Positions 56,347 through 64,000 of a stretch of DNA of 64,000 nt are shown here, piece by piece. A program made the position numbers and the translations under genes. This stretch comes from Eledone cirrhosa (lineage: Eukaryota). The stretch covers positions 263,748,001 through 263,812,000 of the forward strand of contig OZ024743.1 of the NCBI GenBank assembly GCA_964016885.1, read 5' to 3'. Under the pieces are notes generated by a model. It ran no database searches. It saw only the letters and a list, made by a program, of their open reading frames with translations, and was not told the DNA's origin. Positions within the stretch are counted from its first letter, which is position 1. Every line of letters begins with the position of its first letter.

Positions 56347-57289
56347 ATGCATGTGTATGTGTGTATTTGTGTGTTTGTAGTACCACCATGAGTGGATAAC
56401 GGAAAAAATCACTAGTGACAAAGTATTGGTTTTCTACACGCTTGTAAAGCAGTAAAATAAAAGCTGAATATATCACAATCAGCCGAAATATACGAAATTT
56501 CAAATATGACTTTACTGCGCGTAAATTACCACGCACAGATACTGTCATATCCACAGATGTTAATAATAAAATGCTTGGAATTTGTGCAATTCTCTGTTGT
56601 GGATCTAATTATTTTGATACTGGGATTTGTTTCTGGAACGATTTTCTTAAATCCATTAGCCATTTCATTATTTTACGAACAGAAAGCTATGATTTTTTCA
56701 TTGTTATCGCACAAGTTATCATTATTAGGTATCGTATTAGTTATTATTTTCTTTAACTACTCTATTCCAAAATGTGTTCTGATATAGGTGGTATATTCTA
56801 ATTACATAAGACTTTAGAATAATTTCAAAGGTCTTTGTTGCGTATTTATTTGATTTAACACTTTCCAAATGCATTGAAAATGAAATAGTTCGGAAATATT
56901 TACAATTATAAGTAGAGGTTGCTAATAAATAATATACGAAACGTGAAGTTAACGGCTTAAAGTAGAGGATAAAAACAGATCGCTTTCCTTAACGGCAGAT
57001 AGATGGGTGCAAACTGTTAGTTGAACGATCGAAAGCAAGTAACATAAGCGTATGATTAGCTGGCTGTCTGCTGACATGCACAGTTTTAGCCATGATTCGG
57101 CTAGTTGTCATGTCTAAAGTGTGTATCAAAGAATTTTTGACACGAAAAATTATAATTGTAATGTCCTTTTAGGGTAACTGTGTAGAAGAAGCAATCTAGT
57201 AAACTCTTAGATAGTTTTGAATGTGAATAATGAAGAAGTAGTAATTAGCTAACTAAACATTTCGGAGGTAAGTTAACTTACATTAGTAA

Positions 57290-57358
57290 TCTATATATAT
57301 ATAAAAGAGAGATATTTATTGGTTGGTTGGTTGGTTGGTTGTTTGAATCACACGAAAA

Positions 57359-57429
<71 letters not shown>

Positions 57430-57530
57430 TACATACACACACATCTAAAGAGAGAGAGACACAGAGGGAGAGATAGAAAGAGAGAGAGATAGACCGTTAT
57501 ACAGGGAGATATACAAATAAAGTGTTAGAT

Positions 57531-57586
<56 letters not shown>

Positions 57587-58099
57587 ACGTCCCACGAAAG
57601 TCTAGAAACGGCTTAAACTATAGATCCTTTGATTTATAGGAAGGTTTAGCAATATTGCGTTAGCTTTTATAAAGTAATTTTACAATCTTTGATTTTACAG
57701 AACAAAGAAAAATTGATAGTATTTGAAATTAATCTACCCTCTACCTTTTATCCATATACTATTTATAGACCGTACCAACGAAGCAACACATGAAAAGCAG
57801 TGTTATGCGGTATATTGCTGCGTTTCAGATGACGTCCTTTGGAGCTGAAAAAGATCATACTATGGTTATTTTACAACATTTAAAATCCAAGGGCAATCCT
57901 ACCATTTAATCGGCAGTTTATTCCTCCAGCCTAATAAGGAAGTTTTATTATTGTTTTTTTCTGTCTCTCTCACACACACTCACACACCCACACATTACGG
58001 TCTCACCTCATACCAGACAACACATCCAATACAGTCATTTTCTCGTTTATCTATCTTCTCTTAACTATTCTCCCGAGTTAAGCCGGGTGCCTCATCTAT
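57290..58099 (+). mobile_element. Non-autonomous Helitron with a RepHel remnant
   Basis: TCTATATATATATAAAA start; cccgagttaagccggg hairpin + CTAT end. 57820-57930 encodes FQMTSFG and TFKIQGQSYHLIGSL. Confidence 0.75.
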
Positions 58100-59335
58100 T
58101 TATTGTATATAATCTGATTGTTCTTTATCATTAGGTCACTCGTATTGAGTGACTTGCATTGTGTTAGCCAGATCTGTGCAGTCTTTGTTCCAAATACACC
58201 AAGTTCAACTATGCCTTTCTTCCATTCGTAGTTTGTAACTGAATTGTTATTCCGGGGATCAGAGATAACTTAAAGCATCTTCTGTTAGTATTCCGGCTTT
58301 AAATTCAAACTCGGGGTTCACGTCTCATCTAGTAGTTGATCACGTGAAACACAATACACCGTGACACGGACATCTCTATGTAATCGGACACACTTCGTAC
58401 ATGTATGGGAGTTGAACTATGATAACTGTGGGGGTATAATGTTTTTCTCTACATCAGTTAAACTGACAAATGAATGGCTCCAGAATTTTAGAAAAATTGA
58501 AATTATCTTAATACCGACGAAAATATCAGAAACAAAGATAGAATTCATGTTTACATGGGCACAAGAGAGTGCAAATATTTAGAATATAATTAAATAAATC
58601 GTTTTTATTGTGCGAAGCTATGACTCTAGAACAAGAAAAACATATGGTACAGTACAGCAAAAAGTTATAAGCGAAAGTAAGCCTACAGGGAACAAATAGT
58701 TATATGAGAAGGAATATATATATATATATATATACCTTAAGTTTCTCAGTTTGTTGGTTTTTTTCGCTGCTTTTTCACTGTTTTCTCTTTTCTTCCCTTT
58801 TGTTTTCCTTCCCTCCCTCCTCCGTTTTCCCAATAACTTATCCAGTTATTGACGCTCTGGGCGGTAGATATCTTGTCTTTAAAGCGTAGAAATATCCGAG
58901 AACCCCAGTAGACAACGAATGAGGAACACTCCCCCCATCGTTCTTGCTTTCTTCTTATTCCCACTCCATTTTAAGTTACCTTAAATAGCAACTACACAGC
59001 CAATCCTATTCTCCATATATTTTATCATGTTTTTGCTGTAACCAGTCTTCTCTCTCCTTCTACCTACCTATTTCGTTACTATCTACTCTCAACCCACTTT
59101 CTTCCTCTCCCTTTCTCCCTCTCACTTTCACTCATCCTCTCTCTGCCTGCCACCTTATTGTTTCCCTCGCCTGACCCTTTAGTAGTCCTTTTCTCACTTA
59201 CAACTGCTGAGGTCAGACGTGTGTCCTTTCTCTCCCCCACTCAGTCTTGAACTTAAGTTCTCTCATCGTGTGGTCTTGGATTTCCTTACCTTAAGTTGCT
59301 CGCACATTGTTCGGTTTGTTGTTGTTTTTTCGCTA

Positions 59336-60028
59336 TTATAAATTGATTAATCTTCCTTGTATATATTTCATTAAAGAAATATATTTCACCAATTAATCGA
59401 TTGGTAAACGACAGTAGCCAAATCCTGGATTTTCAACAAGGAAGAACACTTAATGTCTCTCTGACATGACAGCCTAAATTTAATTTAAATTTTGGATATA
59501 TATAATTGTAGAGCTAACTTAGTTGAAAGGACTTGACTGCTATTTCTAGTTGTCGATAACCCTATTCACGCCACTGGGACGAAGCTGGCGCGATGTGTGT
59601 ATTTGTATTAAATGCAACACCTGCTAATAGTTAGTCACAGATTTGAATTTGATGTGTAAACTCAGATAGTTAAGTCTTCTTCCTTGTTGAAAAGACAGGA
59701 TTTGGCTACTGTCGTTTACCAATCGATTAATTGGTGAAATATATTTCTTTAATTAAATATATACAAGGAAGATTAATCAATTTATAAGGTATATTTTTGA
59801 AGTTCTAGTTAAACTTTAATTAGTTACCCACATAGCTATGTGTGCTTACACACTTTTACAGATTATCCCCTGTGATTGTTTCATATGTTTATTTTAGATA
59901 TATATATGTCAATCAATTTCTAGTTGATATATAATGCTCGGATCTATTCATTGGAATCTTGGAGCATATTTTACAGTGGATATGGTGCATGTCTCTCTGA
60001 CATGACAACCTTAATTTAATTTAAATTT

Positions 60029-60030
<2 letters not shown>
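59336..60030. repeat. Inverted arms (59336-59452 / 59670-59787) plus a 40-bp direct repeat (59453 / 59991) ending at (TA)n
   Basis: Direct comparison of the arms. tgtctctctgacatgaca..aatttaatttaaattttg occurs twice. Confidence 0.75.
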
Positions 60031-60119
<89 letters not shown>

Positions 60120-61702
60120 GTGTGTGTGTGTATGTGTAAAAGGTAAACAGAAATAACAACACACACACACACACATATATATAAAGAGATGTCAACATGA
60201 ATGGACCTGTTATTTTTATCTAAAGACATTTTTTTCCAATTCCAACACGCGCGTCCCTTCAATCTATCTTATTTCTCATTCTTTCTTAACACGAAGGACT
60301 GGCGTCCAAAACGTTAAGACCTTTTTCTGTTATTTCAAACGTTGGCCTAATATATTCCTTCCATATACAGTACCGATTGTGTTGTTACTGTTATTTCTGT
60401 TTACCTTTAACCTGGTAGCACAACGGCAAATAAATATATTCTCTATTTTTTGTTTGGTCTTTTCTTTCTCTCTGTCTAATCCGATTCAAATTATTTGGCA
60501 GTGAATTGGTGGTCGGTTTTGTTTTGTTTTGTTTTATGTTTCCATTTGTTTTTATTTGTTTCTCTCGCTCTTCTCGTATGTTTCGGTGCGTTAAATTTGT
60601 GAGGTTCCTAGCAGTTATTATTTGAGGATGTATTCCGTCATAATAGCACATACTACTTCCCAGTATTATGGATTAAACTGTGAGTTAATGCCGCGAATGT
60701 TTGACTCTTGGGTAAGCGTAACATCATCAATGTAGATATGGATAGAGTCTAGTGGATTTGAGAATGTGTTAGAAGTGATGAAGCAGCGTGGTAAATGTTT
60801 AAGATAAAAATTCATTAACTCAAGAGGTTTGGTATCTGATGCAGGCAAATTTCCTTCAACGATGTCAGGATCAACATCTTTATGGCGAACTATAATGTTT
60901 AATAATTCGTGACTAGTATAACAGCTCTGTACGGCTCTCATTCAATGGGATGAAAAGGCCTGTAAATGGGTATGCTTGCTCCATGGAATGGCAAATTATT
61001 TGCATACCACATACATATATACACATATATGTATGTCCACGTACATATGTGTGTTGGTATGTCAAATACACACATATATGTGTGTATATCCGTGTTGGTT
61101 TGTTTTTAATTTTTATTTCTTCTCCCTTTCTAATCCGATTCAAAAAAATTATTTGGCAGTGAATTGACGGTCGTTTTTTTGTTTGTCCCCCCTTCCTTTT
61201 ATTTTGTTTCTTTCTCTCGCTCTTTGCGTATATTTTGGTGCATTATATTTGTGAGGTTCCTATCAATGGTTAATAGCATTTATTACTTTGCCTTTCATCC
61301 TTACGAGGTCGCTAAAAAAAAAAGTACTAGTAATGTACTGAGTAAATTTCTGGCCTTGTGCCAAAAGTAGAAACAATTATTTGTGGTTATGTTTCCATTC
61401 TAAGATGTATTCCATCATAGCAGTACATTCTGATTCCAGTAATCTTGCATTAGACAGGGAATTAATGCCGTGAATGTTTAGAACGCAAAAGTATTTGAGT
61501 AATGGGTAATACAACGTAAGATCATCAATGTAAGGTAAACAAATCTTAAATAGAGCTTGGAGCAGATATTACGTTAAGATAACATTCAGACAGAGTGGAT
61601 GTGGAAAAGTTGAAAATGTTTACCTCGTTGGGTGTTGAATTTGTAGTTCCAGAAATTTTTTTTCAATCACAGGAAAGTGCACACATGTACATATATGTAT
61701 AT

Positions 61703-62943
61703 GGCACTACAACGGAATTGGCTGTCAGAAGTGAAAGTAGAAGAATGTGACGTCAAACTGACGTCATTCGTCAACCTTATTTCCGTATCACCACGCGTTT
61801 ATTTATGTTTATTTACGTTAGCGTAGTAATCGATGAAAATATATTTATTTCGCTCTATATATTTATATATTTCAATAATGTTTCAAAAGCATGGATACAG
61901 TAAAGTGAGTACACTTGAAAACAAATCGATTACGCTAAACATACATTGGTTTTTCACTTTGGGATAATACACGTATTTGCAACTTGAAAAATATGAATTC
62001 TACATTTTTTCCCAGCGTAAATGGAATTAATTATCGCGATATTTCCATCGGTAAGTTAATATCTAAGCTTTTGCTTACACGTTAATTACAATTGTAACAG
62101 CTAGTGTAGTTTTTAAATAAGAATGTATATTATCGTTGTTGAATTTATTTTCTTAATCCTGTATGTTATTAAAAGGTTCCCGAGTAGTACAGTAAATTAA
62201 AGCCTTTACGAACGGAACTATGCAATGAAAGTATATTTAATAAGTGTATCTCATCGTAAACGTATCTCTTAGAAATTCATAAGTGGCTGTGTAAACCCTT
62301 ACACTTTAAAACCAAATTACAAACCATTTATGTGGTCATTGAAGTTGCTAGAAATAGCAGGCAAATCTTATACCCTCTACCACATTAAAAAAAGAAAGAA
62401 CGAAAACGGGAGTAACTCGTTAATATTTAATGAAATATTCGAAGCGTTTCTGCTTCGGACGTGATAAAAATGAAATTATATAGAGATTTTTAAATATTTC
62501 GAAAGCACAAACAATCGTCAAGGACTTTATATACTAATTCCTTTCTTTCTGTGTTCGTGGCAGCTGAGTATCAACCATCCATAAATAATTTTTACCCGCT
62601 AAGAATCTCAATGGGGAAAATGTTCTTCAATTTCTGCTAGTATTACAAAACAAGGTTATCTTGTAGTTACCCGCATTAAATTGTTGTTTTTTTTAAGATA
62701 GTCGGTAGTGTCGGCCCCATGAACTTCATTTGTTTTCTAATTTGATAACTATGACTATGAAATAAAACACGTGGTGATACGGAAACAAATCGAAAACAAA
62801 TCGTAAACGTAAATAAACATAAATAAACGCGTGGTGATACGGAAATAAACGAAGGTTGACGATTGAGAAGGTTGACGAATGACGTCAGATTGACGTCACT
62901 TTCTTCTACTTTCACTTCTGACAGCCAATTCCGTTGTAGTGCC
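61703..62943. mobile_element. Non-autonomous Merlin-type DNA transposon
   Basis: About 120-140 bp TIRs starting GGCACTACAACGGAATTGGCTGTCAGAAG; 8-bp TSD ATGTATAT (61695-61702 and 62944-62951); no transposase ORF. Confidence 0.82.
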
Positions 62944-63479
62944 ATGTATATATACAGGTACATATTATTAATGAACTTGTATATCACGTTATACACAGAG
63001 ACACATCAGTAAATAATAATAACGATATTAAGATATGAAAATATCTCTATTTCGGGGGTTATTTTTTTGTTCCCTGTGTGTGTAGCAACATGCGTGTGCT
63101 GCTGCTGACTCTAGCAGAGCCCAAGAAAACACGTCTATCCTTGAACGCATCAGTAATGCATTTATAGTTATCGTTAACCCGAAAGCTTTAGCTTCTGAAG
63201 CAAACTTATCAACAATGAACAGCATGTTTCATAGCGAGTATACATGTAATGCACATTTATTTGCAAAGAGCAAATCGCATAACGTTTGATATGCTATTGA
63301 AGCGTTGCTGAATGGTAATGCCTCCTGTTAGTATGTATTCTAATAAGATATTTTCAGTAACGTCTGAGAAAGCACATTGAAGCATTAGTGAGAATAATAA
63401 GGAAAATAAACCAATAAACCTCCTTGATTTGTACTATTTTTCACATCAAATGACTTTGATTTTTTCACCGTTAGAATAT

Positions 63480-63580
63480 ACAAAGAGTATCATGTCTTTA
63501 TGTAACAAACGCCTTCGACACCATATTACGTGATGAATTATGGAAGGTTCTGAGAAAGTTAGGTGTTCCTGAGCATGTAG
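63480..63580 (+). mobile_element. RTE-like RT remnant
   Basis: Encodes NAFDTILRDELWKVLRKLGVPEH. A second remnant, VDKFASEAKAFGLTI, lies on the minus strand at about 63165-63225. Confidence 0.6.
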
Positions 63581-64000
63581 GGAGAAAACTGTAGCATTGC
63601 AGGAGCCTACAGTAGCATTGCAGGGCCTACTGTAGTATTTTAGGGGTCATTGCTTTGCTTTAAAAACATACACGAAGTCTAAGAAAAAGAATAAAATTAA
63701 AAAGAAAATAAATAAAACAATTAAGCAAAGCTTTGGTCAACCAATTGCGAAGGGAATTAAGAGAAACCAAAATATATGATAGTGTAAATAGTTGGAATCT
63801 GTGGTTGTACATTCTACTAAATGTAAAGCTTCGTGTATTCATTCATGCATGCAAATATACATATATAGACACACACAAGCTTATATATATATATATACAT
63901 ATTTATATATATATATATGAAACAAATTAGTCCTTCATCAGTGATTTTGCAACTATCATTGGTATTTCATCGCTTTGAAAATCATATACCTCCAGTTAGT

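Noticed and set aside
60282-60320. HHR relic (aacacga-aggac-tggc-gtcc-aaaa-cgtta); similar relic at about 58610-58690
   Set aside because: Both core segments are mutated, so it cannot be distinguished from chance.
61705-62941. CACTA element (CACTACAA inside the TIR)
   Set aside because: No 2-3 bp TSD at that boundary. Extending to GG gives a clean 8-bp TSD that fits Merlin.

Overview
This is an AT-rich animal genomic window. The tRNA-derived SINE family and the density of (TA)n/(CA)n repeats look octopus-like, which is an inference. I found no intact host gene. The window is almost entirely microsatellites plus decayed mobile elements: at least six Penelope-like (PLE; RT + GIY-YIG) fragments, a CR1/L2-group LINE, RTE LINEs, a CRE-like restriction-like-endonuclease retroelement, three Helitrons (one carrying a young tRNA-Trp-primed LTR element), Merlin, hAT and Tc1/mariner MITEs, and SINEs. 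The most notable signal is invisible in the ORF track: many non-coding inserts between (TA)n runs carry type I hammerhead ribozyme (HHR) motifs. Three form retrozyme-like repeats with one HHR per unit (about 465 bp x4.6 at 7964-10113, about 319 bp at 11598-12448, 591 bp x1.45 at 43178-44031). Two unrelated families have the compensatory U3-A8 core (UUGAUAA). Several HHRs have 60-105 nt stem II expansions, one with covariation support. Many inserts are fold-back palindromes, some turning at or near the HHR. Together this suggests a family-rich set of (TA)n-associated, PLE-mobilised self-cleaving mini-retroelements. All structures were read by eye and none was tested computationally or biochemically.
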